Shown: positions 8,997-18,964 of the stretch, piece by piece
Numbering within the stretch: position 1 is the stretch's first letter
Layout of the letters: the number at the start of each line of letters is the position of its first letter
Assembly: GCA_964414835.1 (NCBI GenBank)
Contig: CAYPWY010000007.1
Coordinates: forward strand, 12,993 to 76,992
Origin: an uncultured Butyrivibrio sp.
GTDB lineage: Bacteria > Bacillota > Clostridia > Lachnospirales > Lachnospiraceae
Reading direction: 5' to 3'
DNA: 64,000 bases
Position numbers and translations under genes: made by a program
Notes under the pieces: generated by a model
What the model was told of the DNA's origin: nothing
The model's input: the letters and a program-made list of their open reading frames with translations, nothing else
Databases searched by the model: none

Positions 8997-10841
8997 TTAC
9001 AGGGTATTTGACGCAGGCTCCAAAATCCAGAGCTGGCAATCTCCTCCCCAATATGAATATTGCGCAATATTTCCGCCGATTGATGTACTCCATCCATACA
9101 CATCCAGACATGATGCGCTGGATGTGATTCGTGTCTTTATTGCATATACTCCATTGGAAACTTCTACAATATCAAACTGCTGGTTTGCATTTCCATTGTA
9201 CGCATACTGCAGAATATTTGCATTGTCCGCAGTACTCTTACCTGCCACATCAACTACCTTGGTATAGCCGGAGGCTCCTGTATATATATAATAGTATCCG
9301 TTACTGTTCTTTACTAATTTGAACTTCTGAGCATCACATCCGTTATAAACCCACTGCCTGACATTTGTATTGTTTGCCGACGAACCGTTTTCAACATCCA
9401 GATACAATCCGCTGAAATAACTCTTAATGTAATAAGTACCCTCCAGACTTGAAGCTGCTGCCGCAGCCGAAGAAGTCCCGCTTGCGGCTCCCGAAGATGT
9501 GGTGCTTGCCGTTCCTGAAATATCATTAAATACATATAATGACTTCATTGCAACGCCATTGTTATCAAACAATGTCATATTGTCCCATGAAGAGCCTCTG
9601 TCCGTTGTTGAATAATAGCTCACTGAGCTTTCATAAAGAAGTTCGTAATTGCCTGAAGTAGATGACGCCCAGCCTGAACCATAAGTTCCCCATGTAGAAC
9701 TGTCAACAGAAATCCATTCAGGCGCCCAGTAGAATGCTCCCAGTCCATAGCCTGACATTGTATTATTTACTGATGCCACTGCTGCAAATACATCACGAAG
9801 CGCCTGTGCCTGTCCGGAAACGCTTACGGCATACTCAGCATAATTCATGGAAGATGTTCCCGATACGTTATTTCCCTCTGTATCGCCGTTTGTAAATGTA
9901 TATGGGTAGGCAACCTCAGCTACCATAACCTTCTTATTATACGTCTGTGCTATAGACAAAAGATTTCTTGCAAGGTCGGAAGTTGTTCCATGCCACATCG
10001 GATAATATGAAGTTGCAAAGACATCATAATCGATTCCTAAATTGGCACAGCACTGAGCATACCATGCTCCATTAGTATTAAAATCCGTAAAATGCAGTAC
10101 TTTTAAAATAGAAGTCCCATATTTTTTATTAATGTCATCAACTGCATAACAGCCTTGCTGCATGAGCGCTCCTACACCGGAGGATAAATCCCAGACATTA
10201 TCATATAATCCTCCGACTCCGCACATAGAACCGTTAGTCTCGTTTCCAATCTGAACCATTCCCACATTTACACCGTAATCGAGAAGCTCATTCAGACAAT
10301 AATAGCTCCAATTATAAACTGCATCCTTCTTGTAATCCAGGCTGTAATTTGCCCACTCCTTAGGAGCGTACTGTTTTTCCGGGTCAGCCCAGAAATCAGA
10401 ATAATGAAAATCAATAAATACCTTCATTCCCGCGTCTGTCGCTCTTTTTCCAAGAACCTTTGCATTATACAAATCACAGTTTCCTGCTCCGTATCCTTTA
10501 TAATTGGTTGACTCAGAAGAGTCATAAGGATTATTCCAGATACGAATCCTCACATAGTTTACGCCTGCTCCCGCCAGAATATCAAAAATATCACCGGAAG
10601 TTCCGTCAAGATAATAATATTTCGCACCGCTGTTCTCAAGCGCAATAACCTCTGAAATATCTACCCCTCTTGCAAAATCACTTGTCAGTCCCGATGTAAT
10701 TGCCGATACACCGGAAACTGATGATGCTGCCGCTGAAACATACACCGTTCCTCCCAAAATACTGCCGCCGAAACATACACCTGACATCATGGCTAAAATA
10801 AGCACAAATGTAAATAACCTTTTCCCAATACGCTTTGTCAT
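8997..10841 (-). CDS. Secreted GH53 endo-beta-1,4-galactanase with C-terminal ricin-B (CBM13) domain
   Basis: Signal peptide; RGVDIS, DFHYSDFWADP, VQIGNET, VAEVAYP; Ser/Ala linker; QxF/QxW ricin repeats. Confidence 0.92.
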   Translation of the reverse strand: MTKRIGKRLFTFVLILAMMSGVCFGGSILGGTVYVSAAASSVSGVSAITSGLTSDFARGVDISEVIALENSGAKYYYLDGTSGDIFDILAGAGVNYVRIRIWNNPYDSSESTNYKGYGAGNCDLYNAKVLGKRATDAGMKVFIDFHYSDFWADPEKQYAPKEWANYSLDYKKDAVYNWSYYCLNELLDYGVNVGMVQIGNETNGSMCGVGGLYDNVWDLSSGVGALMQQGCYAVDDINKKYGTSILKVLHFTDFNTNGAWYAQCCANLGIDYDVFATSYYPMWHGTTSDLARNLLSIAQTYNKKVMVAEVAYPYTFTNGDTEGNNVSGTSSMNYAEYAVSVSGQAQALRDVFAAVASVNNTMSGYGLGAFYWAPEWISVDSSTWGTYGSGWASSTSGNYELLYESSVSYYSTTDRGSSWDNMTLFDNNGVAMKSLYVFNDISGTASTTSSGAASGTSSAAAAASSLEGTYYIKSYFSGLYLDVENGSSANNTNVRQWVYNGCDAQKFKLVKNSNGYYYIYTGASGYTKVVDVAGKSTADNANILQYAYNGNANQQFDIVEVSNGVYAIKTRITSSASCLDVYGWSTSIGGNIAQYSYWGGDCQLWILEPASNTL

Positions 10842-10933
10842 TTTTGACCTGCCTTTCATTTAATACATTGGGTTCCGCCACTACTGCCCGTACTAAATGC
10901 AACCTCCTTTCCCGATAAACGGACGCTTGTTGC

Positions 10934-10985
10934 GCAACCGGTTGTTCTATATTTCCAGTATATCAGCACATTATTTTTCTGTCAA
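10934..10985 (-). promoter_or_regulatory. SigA promoter plus LacI-family operator of the GH53 gene
   Basis: TTGACA-N17-TATACT (10957-10985); palindrome CAACCGGTTG (10935-10944) just downstream of the predicted start site. Confidence 0.7.
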
Positions 10986-11179
10986 TTGATATAATAGCTA
11001 TATTTTGGTTTATATTTTCGTCATTTTTTACAAAATTATATTAACATGCATACATATATTCATAAAAAATCACTATCATCTTACGGTTTATCATTATATC
11101 TCATCGAATCATATGAACTGTAGAATCAGGTACACATATGAATCCTGTCAGGTTAGATTTTTGATGAGCGTCAAATATT

Positions 11180-12145
11180 TTATTCTTCCTCTGATTCGCT
11201 GTCAAAATCCTCGTCTTCTGACGGCTCATCATCATCGTATGTTTCCGTTTCCTGAGTCTTAACCTTTTTCACCTTCTGCGGTATCGGGTCTATCTGTGAC
11301 GGCTGCCCTTTAAGCTTTGTTCTCATAAAAACAACAAATGCAAGAGCCGCTACAAAAAGTACTGCTGAGAGCACCTGAGAAACAGCTATGCTGCCTATCC
11401 TAAGCTGGTCAGTTCTGAATCCCTCAATGATAAATCTTATGACGCCGTAGCCCATAAGGTATCTGCAAAAAGTCTCTCCATAAAATTTTTTCCTGTCTCT
11501 GAAAACAATCAGCAAAATGAGAAGCACAAGATTCAGGACACTCTCATAGAGGAATGTAGGCTGAACCTGAACGTATTCAACGCCATTAACCATAACCTTC
11601 ATCGCCTCTGACACAACAACATTGCCACCTATATCGGACATAGGTATCTGCATTGCAAAAAGACCATCAGTATATGAACCGAAAGCTTCTCTGTTAAAGA
11701 AATTGCCCCATCGTCCGATAATTTGTCCTGTTATAAGACCAAGCACTGCAGTATCGGCAAATTTAAAAAATTTAATTTTCTTGATTTTACAGAATATAAC
11801 CGCAACCAAAGCTGCACCTATAATGCCTCCGTAGATTGCAATTCCTCCGCCTCTCAGGTTGACAATCTGAGACAGATTTTTACTGTAGTAGTCCCACTCA
11901 AATATAACATAATATATTCTGGCGCAGATTATTCCTCCGATAATTCCAAAAAGTGTATAATCTATGTAATCATCCACCTTCTGCCCGGTTCTTTTTGCCT
12001 CATAGTATGCCATGAAAGCACCACATACCATAGAAAGTGCCATAATTACACCGTAATAAGCTATCTCAAAACCGAATACCGTAAATCCCTTGTTCACCAA
12101 AACCTCAAATCCAAGGTGAGGAAATCTTATTGGTCCTACATCCAT
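11180..12145 (-). CDS. lgt: Prolipoprotein diacylglyceryl transferase
   Basis: ARIYYV, GGIAIYGG, IGRWGNFFNREAFG and PTFLYES motifs. Confidence 0.96.
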   Translation of the reverse strand: MDVGPIRFPHLGFEVLVNKGFTVFGFEIAYYGVIMALSMVCGAFMAYYEAKRTGQKVDDYIDYTLFGIIGGIICARIYYVIFEWDYYSKNLSQIVNLRGGGIAIYGGIIGAALVAVIFCKIKKIKFFKFADTAVLGLITGQIIGRWGNFFNREAFGSYTDGLFAMQIPMSDIGGNVVVSEAMKVMVNGVEYVQVQPTFLYESVLNLVLLILLIVFRDRKKFYGETFCRYLMGYGVIRFIIEGFRTDQLRIGSIAVSQVLSAVLFVAALAFVVFMRTKLKGQPSQIDPIPQKVKKVKTQETETYDDDEPSEDEDFDSESEEE

Positions 12146-12347
12146 AATTATATCTCCTTAAACAATTCAATCTCTGTGTATTTTAATGAAAATTTATACA
12201 AAATATTGTAATACAAACTCTGTTAAATATCAACTTTCAATTTAATTTTATTGTCTTAAGAAGATAATTGTGCTATATTTTAGTAAGCTGTAAAAAGAAA
12301 ATAAATACGGCACCTTAAAGATGCCGGCGAAAGGATAAGATTACACA

Positions 12348-13445
12348 ATGAAACTGGGAATCGTAGGATTACCGAATGTAGGTAAAAGTACACTTTTTAA
12401 CTCTTTAACAAAGGCAGGAGCAGAATCCGCCAACTATCCCTTCTGTACAATCGACCCTAATGTGGGAGTTGTATCGGTTCCGGACGAGCGGCTTTCACTT
12501 CTTGCAAAGCTTTATGACTCCGCCAAAATTGTTCCGGCTGTAATTGAATTTGTAGACATTGCAGGTCTTGTAAAGGGTGCATCCAAGGGTGAAGGTCTGG
12601 GCAATCAGTTCCTCTCACATATCAGGGAGACAGATGCCATCGTTCACGTGGTAAGATGCTTTGAAAATACCAACATCGTTCACGTTGACGGCTCTATTGA
12701 TCCGCTCCGCGACATTGAGACAATCAACTACGAGCTTATTTTTTCTGATTTGGATTTGCTGGAAAGAAGAATTGCCAAGGTTTCAAGAGGCGCACGTAAT
12801 GACAAAGCCCTTGCCAAGGAGCTTTCACTTCTCGAGGCTCTCAAGTCTCATCTTGAGGAAAGCAAGCCTGCTCGCTCCTATGTTCCTGATGATGATGATT
12901 TAAAGGCACTTATGGCAACCTATGACCTGCTTACAGCCAAGCCTGTAATATATGCCGCTAACGTAAGCGAGGACGACCTTGCAGACGATGGAGCATCCAA
13001 CACATTTGTACAGTCAGTACGTGATTTTGCTTCCAAAGAAGGCAGCGAAGTCTTTGTGGTATGTGCTCAGATTGAAGAGGAAATCTCAGAACTTGATGAT
13101 GACGAGAAAAAAGAATTTTTGGAGGATTTAGGTCTTAAAGAGTCAGGTCTTGATAAGCTTATCAAAGCAAGCTACAAGCTCCTTGGTCTTATAAGTTTCC
13201 TTACAGCCGGTCCTACCGAAACACGTGCGTGGACTATAAAGAACGGAACAAAAGCTCCCGGCGCTGCCGGTAAAATCCACAGCGATTTTGAGCGTGGATT
13301 TATCAAAGCTGAAGTCGTGTATTATCAGGATTTGCTTGACTGCGGTACATATGCCGCCGCCAAGGAGAAGGGTCTTGTGGGCATAGAGGGAAAAGATTAT
13401 GTGGTAAAGGACGGAGATGTTATTTTATTCAGATTCAATGTCTGA
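12348..13445 (+). CDS. ychF: Ribosome-binding ATPase YchF
   Basis: GIVGLPNVGKST, NYPFCTIDPN, DIAGLVKGASKGEGLGN and a TGS domain. Confidence 0.98.
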   Translation: MKLGIVGLPNVGKSTLFNSLTKAGAESANYPFCTIDPNVGVVSVPDERLSLLAKLYDSAKIVPAVIEFVDIAGLVKGASKGEGLGNQFLSHIRETDAIVHVVRCFENTNIVHVDGSIDPLRDIETINYELIFSDLDLLERRIAKVSRGARNDKALAKELSLLEALKSHLEESKPARSYVPDDDDLKALMATYDLLTAKPVIYAANVSEDDLADDGASNTFVQSVRDFASKEGSEVFVVCAQIEEEISELDDDEKKEFLEDLGLKESGLDKLIKASYKLLGLISFLTAGPTETRAWTIKNGTKAPGAAGKIHSDFERGFIKAEVVYYQDLLDCGTYAAAKEKGLVGIEGKDYVVKDGDVILFRFNV

Positions 13446-14090
13446 TGATGCATCTGATGAGTTGATGACAATCATAATTCCGCTGTCAAATTCAACCGCT
13501 GCTTTATCACCAATCAATTCATTGCTTATACATCTTGAATAACCGGGCTTTAAGGTATATCCGTCAAGAGGATACTTAAAGCCCCTTAATTTTATACCCG
13601 TAACAGCCCCTGCAAAGGGCACAAATGATATATATTTATACGGCATTTCCTGTGCCGTGACAGTAAACGATTCATCCGCCAGAAAAATAATGTTGTCCAC
13701 ATCCACAAGTCTTGCCTTTATTCCTTTTTCCAACGCAAAATAGAGGTTGTGTATATTGGCAAGCATATGGTCCATTCTTCCTCCATAAGCGCACAAAACG
13801 TCGATTTCATTGCCGCGCTTTGCCGCCTCAAGCATTGCAATCTCGGTATCCGTATCGTCCTTCTCCGGTATAAATCGCCTCACAAGCACTCCGCCGTTTT
13901 CATATTCCTTCAGGCTGTTGGTTCCGTATGTGTCGAAATCCCCCACAACCATATCCGGAATAACTCCCAGCTCACTGCAATATCCAAGCCCCCCGTCAAC
14001 GGCAATCACATAATCATATTTATTTTTTGCCAAAAATGAGGTGGCAAAGCTCTTATGAAATCTGCCACCTGTAATTATCAATGTTTTCAT
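13425..14090 (-). CDS. thiN: Thiamine pyrophosphokinase
   Basis: AVDGG, GDFD, EKDDTDTE, GGRMDH, ISNE motifs; canonical position after rpe. Confidence 0.93.
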   Translation of the reverse strand: MKTLIITGGRFHKSFATSFLAKNKYDYVIAVDGGLGYCSELGVIPDMVVGDFDTYGTNSLKEYENGGVLVRRFIPEKDDTDTEIAMLEAAKRGNEIDVLCAYGGRMDHMLANIHNLYFALEKGIKARLVDVDNIIFLADESFTVTAQEMPYKYISFVPFAGAVTGIKLRGFKYPLDGYTLKPGYSRCISNELIGDKAAVEFDSGIMIVINSSDASSDIESE

Positions 14091-14746
14091 ACTTTTCCTA
14101 ATATTTTAAGCAGCCTTGACAGGTTGCTGCCTATATCTCCTTTAAATACTGCTGAACCTGCCACCAAAATATCCGCACCACATTCAAGGATTTTTGAGGC
14201 ATTATCCATATTGACACCGCCATCAATCTCTATACTGAAATCAATGCCAAGTTCTTTTCTTATGGCATCAAGCTCGGATATTCTGTCGTAGGACTTTTCA
14301 ATAAATGTCTGTCCGCCGAATCCGGGATTTACACTCATAATGATAACCTGCTTAAGATACGGCAGAAATTCCCTGAGCTCTTCAATATCTGTCTCCGGAC
14401 TTATTGCAAGTGCCGGCTCCGCACCAAGCTCCCCTATCTTCATAAGAACATTTTTAGGAGAACGGCAGGCCTCAATATGTACGGCTATAACATCTGCTCC
14501 TGCCCTCCGAATATCTTCTATGTATCTTTCAGGGTCAACCACCATCATATGCACATCAAATTTCATTTTACAATGACTTCGTATGGACTGAATCACAGGC
14601 ATACCAAAAGAAATGCTGGGAACAAATAATCCGTCCATCACATCAAGATGGAGATATTTTATCCCGGCATCCTCAATAATTCCAAGCTGTTCCCCCAATC
14701 TGGTAAAATCAGCCGCTAAAATTGACGGTGCAAGATGTTTTTCCAT
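14087..14746 (-). CDS. rpe: Ribulose-phosphate 3-epimerase
   Basis: APSILAADF, HLDVMDG, MSVNPGFGGQ and DGGVN motifs. Confidence 0.97.
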   Translation of the reverse strand: MEKHLAPSILAADFTRLGEQLGIIEDAGIKYLHLDVMDGLFVPSISFGMPVIQSIRSHCKMKFDVHMMVVDPERYIEDIRRAGADVIAVHIEACRSPKNVLMKIGELGAEPALAISPETDIEELREFLPYLKQVIIMSVNPGFGGQTFIEKSYDRISELDAIRKELGIDFSIEIDGGVNMDNASKILECGADILVAGSAVFKGDIGSNLSRLLKILGKV

Positions 14747-15624
14747 TAATATTTCCTCTTAGCCTTCAATTCATTATACAAGCTTGTGTATATTTCGTAT
14801 CTCGTTCTGTTGATTCTGCCATTGTCAACCGCCGCCTTCACAGAACAGTCCGGTTCATTGACATGAACACAGCCATTAAAACGGCATTGACCCTCATATT
14901 GTTCAAATTCATTGAAGTAAAATCTTAAAGCCTCCGCCTCCATACCATCACAATTAAGCGATGTAAATCCCGGCGTATCCATTATATAAGTATTTTCCGC
15001 AACACAAAAAATTTCCGTATGCCTTGTGGTGTGTCTGCCACGGTTTATTTTGGCGCTTATTGCTCCGGTCTGTGAATTGGCGTCAGGAAAAATCGCATTG
15101 AGAATAGACGATTTGCCGACCCCGGAGGGTCCCGCCAATGCCGTTGTTTTCCCCAGCATAAGCTCCCTTAACGTACTGATTCCCTTGTTTTCCACTACGC
15201 TTGCAGATATAACTCTGCTGCCGCTGTCTGAAAAGACACCGCAAAGCTCATCTATTTTACCAATGTCCGCCTGGTCGCTTTTATTGAAGCATATTACGGT
15301 TTCAACATTGTTTTGTTCCATATTCACAAGAAATCTGCTTAAAAGATTCAGATTTGGAGCAGGCGATACTGAGGCAAAAACAACCAGTGCCTGATCGATA
15401 TTGGCAACCGCAGGTCTGATTAATTCGTTGGCTCTTGGCAATATCTGATTGACGCTGCCGATATATTCCGTCCGGTCAATTATATCAATATCCACATTAT
15501 CGCCCACAAGTGGCTTAATGTTCCTGTTTCGGAACACGCCTTTGGCATTACACTGGTACACGCCGCCGTCTGCGGCGTGCACATAATAAAATCCGGCTAT
15601 TCCTTTTATTATTTTACCCTGCAT
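14746..15624 (-). CDS. rsgA: Ribosome small subunit-dependent GTPase A
   Basis: NKSD, GPSGVGKSS, GRHTT, DTPG and the C-terminal zinc site. Confidence 0.97.
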   Translation of the reverse strand: MQGKIIKGIAGFYYVHAADGGVYQCNAKGVFRNRNIKPLVGDNVDIDIIDRTEYIGSVNQILPRANELIRPAVANIDQALVVFASVSPAPNLNLLSRFLVNMEQNNVETVICFNKSDQADIGKIDELCGVFSDSGSRVISASVVENKGISTLRELMLGKTTALAGPSGVGKSSILNAIFPDANSQTGAISAKINRGRHTTRHTEIFCVAENTYIMDTPGFTSLNCDGMEAEALRFYFNEFEQYEGQCRFNGCVHVNEPDCSVKAAVDNGRINRTRYEIYTSLYNELKAKRKY

Positions 15625-15627
15625 ATT

Positions 15628-17895
15628 CTACTTTACGGTAACGGTAACACTGAACCCACTGATGGTTTCACTCTGGTCCACTCCGTTAACGTCTTTATAT
15701 GAAACATAAACTGATATTGACGCTGTCTTGGATGTATCAATATTATCAACCTCTGTGGCCGGTATATTAAGCTCTCCAAGTCCGCTTATCACGCTGTATG
15801 CATAAGTCACAGAACTTACCTGCATAGATGCCGGCTTTCCTGATGTTGTAGTGTAAAACACATGAGATTTACAGGTAATCTCTGTATCATCCGTAACATT
15901 TTCAATTACACTTATAATATCATCCGTTGCAATCTTGGCGCTGATGGTAGGGACTGCAGGCTCTGTCTCAGGTTCAGTGGTTGCAGGCTCTGTCTCAGGC
16001 TCGGTGGTTGCAGGTTCTGTCTCAGGTTCGGTGGTTGCAGGCTCTGTCGGCTTAGGACCCTTGCTTATCACAAGAGTTATCACCGTTGTATCAATAGGAG
16101 CTTCTGCATCGATTGTAGCACCTGCCTGTGATATAACCTTACCCTCACCTACGCTGTCATGATAATCATACTCATACTCAATATTGGTAAATCCAAGCGC
16201 TCTAAGCTCGCTTTCGGCATCTTCCTTGGTATCACCTGTCACATCTGGAACCTTTGCCATCTGCTGGGTAACTCCCTTGTAAAGAGTTACGGTAACAGTA
16301 TCTCCGCTCTTAACCAGCTCACCCGGCTGAGGGTCTGTGGCGGCAACCCTGTTAATTTTACTCTCGTCATCAGTCTCTTCATACTGATATGTCGGTGTAA
16401 GACTTTTATTTCTCAATGTATATTCCGCAGATGTCTGTGTATCTCCGATAACGTCAGGCATTTCAAATGTGGATGTTCCCTTGCTTACATACACAACGAT
16501 GGTTGTATTCTTGTCAACCATTTCACCTGCTTCGACACTCTGGTCATATATCTGACCTTCCTCATACAATTCCGAATAATCTTCTATTTTCTTGATTCCA
16601 AGACTATATTTGCTAAGTTCCTCTTTAGCCTGCTCGTATGTGTAGCCCAAAAGCTTTGGAACTTCTACCTTACCGCTGTCATTGGAATCTGTAACATTGG
16701 TAGTGTCCTTGGTGCTTGTAGAATTGCCTTTAGAGAAAAGAGCTACCATCTTGGCAATTACTATAATTGTAATCACAAGTATTACAACACCTACGGCAAT
16801 TCCCAGAATAGTAATAACTTTATCTATTTTCTTGGATGCTGCTGCTTCCTTATCATCCTCTTCATCCTCTTCCGAAACGGCATCCGCTTCTTCATCCTCG
16901 GAAGCCGCCTCCATAGATGCATATGATGTATCGATTTCATCTCGGTCTGTATTTACAACATCTATTTCCGCATTCTTTTTAGATGCACGCTCATTAATCT
17001 CCGCAATATCCTCCGCATCTATCAGCTTGGTTACACCGTTAGGAACAACGGATGAAATTACCACAAAGTCTTCATTAGGGGTTACCAGCGAGCGTTTCAA
17101 ATCAGCAATAAGGTCTGTGACATTCTGATACCTGCGGTCGGTCTTCTTCTGTGTACATTTAAGAACTATTTTTTCAACACTGACAGGAATATCAGGAAGG
17201 TATCTTCTTGGGGACACCATATCGTCCTGTATATGCTGCAGCGCAACGGCCACAGTTGTATCACCTTCAAAAGGAACTCTTCCCGTAAGCATTTCAAAAA
17301 GTGTAATACCAAATGAGTATATATCGCTCTTCTCATCACTGTATCCGCCTCTTGCCTGCTCAGGTGAAATATAATGCACCGAACCCATAACCGAAGAATT
17401 GATAGTGTTGGATGATGCTGCCCTGGCAATTCCGAAATCGGTTACTTTAACCTTACCCTCTTTGGATATAATAATGTTCTGCGGCTTAATGTCCCTGTGA
17501 ACTATGTGGTGCTTATGTGCCGCTTCGATACCCTGCGCCACCTGAATAGCCACGCTTACAGCCTCGCGGACGCCCAGCTTTCCTTTCTTTTCAATGTACT
17601 TCTTAAGGGTTATACCCTCAACAAGCTCCATAATAATATAGTAAATTCCGTCTTCTTCACCAGTATCATATACATTAACTATGTTAGAATGTATAAGCCC
17701 TGCAGCCGATTGGGCTTCAACACGAAATTTGGATACAAATGTTTTGTCCTCACAAAATTCCGGTTTAAGTACCTTAATTGCTACATATCTGTTTAATTTA
17801 TGGCATTTTGCCTTATATACGTCGGACATTCCGCCGGAGCCGATTTTCTCAAGAATTTCATATCTGTCCGCTATAAACATTCCTTCTCTTAACAT
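15628..17895 (-). CDS. pknB: PASTA-domain Ser/Thr kinase (PrkC/Stk1)
   Basis: GSGGMS, HRDIKPQN, DFGIA; one TM; three PASTA repeats. Confidence 0.96.
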   Translation of the reverse strand: MLREGMFIADRYEILEKIGSGGMSDVYKAKCHKLNRYVAIKVLKPEFCEDKTFVSKFRVEAQSAAGLIHSNIVNVYDTGEEDGIYYIIMELVEGITLKKYIEKKGKLGVREAVSVAIQVAQGIEAAHKHHIVHRDIKPQNIIISKEGKVKVTDFGIARAASSNTINSSVMGSVHYISPEQARGGYSDEKSDIYSFGITLFEMLTGRVPFEGDTTVAVALQHIQDDMVSPRRYLPDIPVSVEKIVLKCTQKKTDRRYQNVTDLIADLKRSLVTPNEDFVVISSVVPNGVTKLIDAEDIAEINERASKKNAEIDVVNTDRDEIDTSYASMEAASEDEEADAVSEEDEEDDKEAAASKKIDKVITILGIAVGVVILVITIIVIAKMVALFSKGNSTSTKDTTNVTDSNDSGKVEVPKLLGYTYEQAKEELSKYSLGIKKIEDYSELYEEGQIYDQSVEAGEMVDKNTTIVVYVSKGTSTFEMPDVIGDTQTSAEYTLRNKSLTPTYQYEETDDESKINRVAATDPQPGELVKSGDTVTVTLYKGVTQQMAKVPDVTGDTKEDAESELRALGFTNIEYEYDYHDSVGEGKVISQAGATIDAEAPIDTTVITLVISKGPKPTEPATTEPETEPATTEPETEPATTEPETEPAVPTISAKIATDDIISVIENVTDDTEITCKSHVFYTTTSGKPASMQVSSVTYAYSVISGLGELNIPATEVDNIDTSKTASISVYVSYKDVNGVDQSETISGFSVTVTVK
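15955..16048. repeat. 27-bp coding tandem repeat (about 3.5 copies) encoding EPATTEPET
   Basis: TGCAGGYTCTGTCTCAGGYTCRGTGGT repeated. Confidence 0.9.
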
Positions 17896-17911
17896 ATTCC
17901 CTCCTGATTAC

Positions 17912-18634
17912 CTATGGTTCTATAATTATTATTGAAATATTGTCTTTACCGCCATGTTCATTAGCTATATCAACAAGCGTCTCTGCCCGCTCATTAATTT
18001 CCTTCTTGCTGTTAAGAATTGATGCTATCTGTGAATCCTCAAGCATATTTGACAATCCGTCAGAGCACATAAAAATAGTATCGCCTTCATTAAGCTCAAC
18101 CTCAAAGAAATCTGCCATAACCTCATCACTTCCGCCTATGGCCCTTGTGATTACATTTTTCTTCTCATGCGTTCTCGCCTGCGCCCGGTCTATTGTCCCA
18201 TTGCTTACCATCTCTTCCACAAGGGAATGGTCTCTGGTTATCTGACGAAGCTCATCGCCTAAAACATAAAGTCTGCTGTCACCCACATTGGCCACATACA
18301 CAGACGTGCCTACAATAGTTGCTGCCACAAATGTAGTTCCCATTCCGGTATAGTCGGCAGATGTTGCCGCCAACTCTACTAATTTGGTGTTGGTATATTT
18401 AATTGCATCTGAAATTATCGTGATGGGATTATCATTGCCTGAAGCACGCACATTTTCTATAAATGTCTGCACCGAAAATCTGCTTGCCAAATCTCCTGCT
18501 TTATGTCCGCCCATACCATCTGCAACAATATACAGATTAGGCAGCTTGCCAACAGGTTTGCTTGTACAGTACACATAGTCCTGATTGATGCTTCTGGTCT
18601 TACCCACATCTGTCAAAGCATATGCCTTTATCAT
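17912..18634 (-). CDS. stp: PP2C-type Ser/Thr phosphatase (Stp1/PrpC)
   Basis: NQD, VADGMGGH, NVGDSR, CSDGL and GGKDN motifs. Confidence 0.96.
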   Translation of the reverse strand: MIKAYALTDVGKTRSINQDYVYCTSKPVGKLPNLYIVADGMGGHKAGDLASRFSVQTFIENVRASGNDNPITIISDAIKYTNTKLVELAATSADYTGMGTTFVAATIVGTSVYVANVGDSRLYVLGDELRQITRDHSLVEEMVSNGTIDRAQARTHEKKNVITRAIGGSDEVMADFFEVELNEGDTIFMCSDGLSNMLEDSQIASILNSKKEINERAETLVDIANEHGGKDNISIIIIEP

Positions 18635-18654
18635 AACCGCTCCTTTAGATGTAC

Positions 18655-18719
18655 TTCCATGTAGCTTTTTCTAAGTTATCCACAGGCACCGTCAATATCC
18701 CTGCCCATTTCTCTTCTTA
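18655..18719 (-). repeat. Displaced, degenerate copy of the rlmN 3' end (att-like direct repeat)
   Basis: 60/65 identity to 19447-19511; reads RREMGRDIDGACG*LRKSYME. Confidence 0.9.
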
Positions 18720-18789
18720 ATAGTAACTTTATATAATTCTCACCAATAACATATATATTACTATATCAATAAATCATTTTATCACAACT

Positions 18790-18828
18790 AAAAAGAAAGA
18801 ACAAGTTTTATTTATCACTTGTTCTTTC
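18790..18828 (-). terminator. Intrinsic terminator within the islet
   Basis: Perfect 12-bp stem GAAAGAACAAGT/ACTTGTTCTTTC with a T-run on the minus strand. Confidence 0.7.
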
Positions 18829-18846
18829 GTCTGAAATGCATCTTTT

Positions 18847-18894
18847 TAAGTATAAAAATTTAATATTGCATAAATATAAAAATTTAATATTGCA
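18847..18894. repeat. 24-bp tandem duplication in the islet promoter region
   Basis: TAARTATAAAAATTTAATATTGCA twice. Confidence 0.85.
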
Positions 18895-18964
18895 ATCCCA
18901 TTCAATATATAATATATTATGGTGTGATGTATTATCACAAATATTTATCAAGAAAGGGGAAAGT

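Noticed and set aside
13425-13445. 21-bp convergent overlap of ychF and thiN
   Set aside because: Short tail-to-tail overlaps are common
15955-16048. Repeat array considered as a CRISPR
   Set aside because: Contiguous in-frame coding repeats with no spacers and no cas genes
18836-18964. N-terminal 43 aa of the 139-aa track ORF, and similar upstream extensions on def, parE, thrC and the PPIase
   Set aside because: They run through promoter DNA or upstream genes; RBS positions support the later starts
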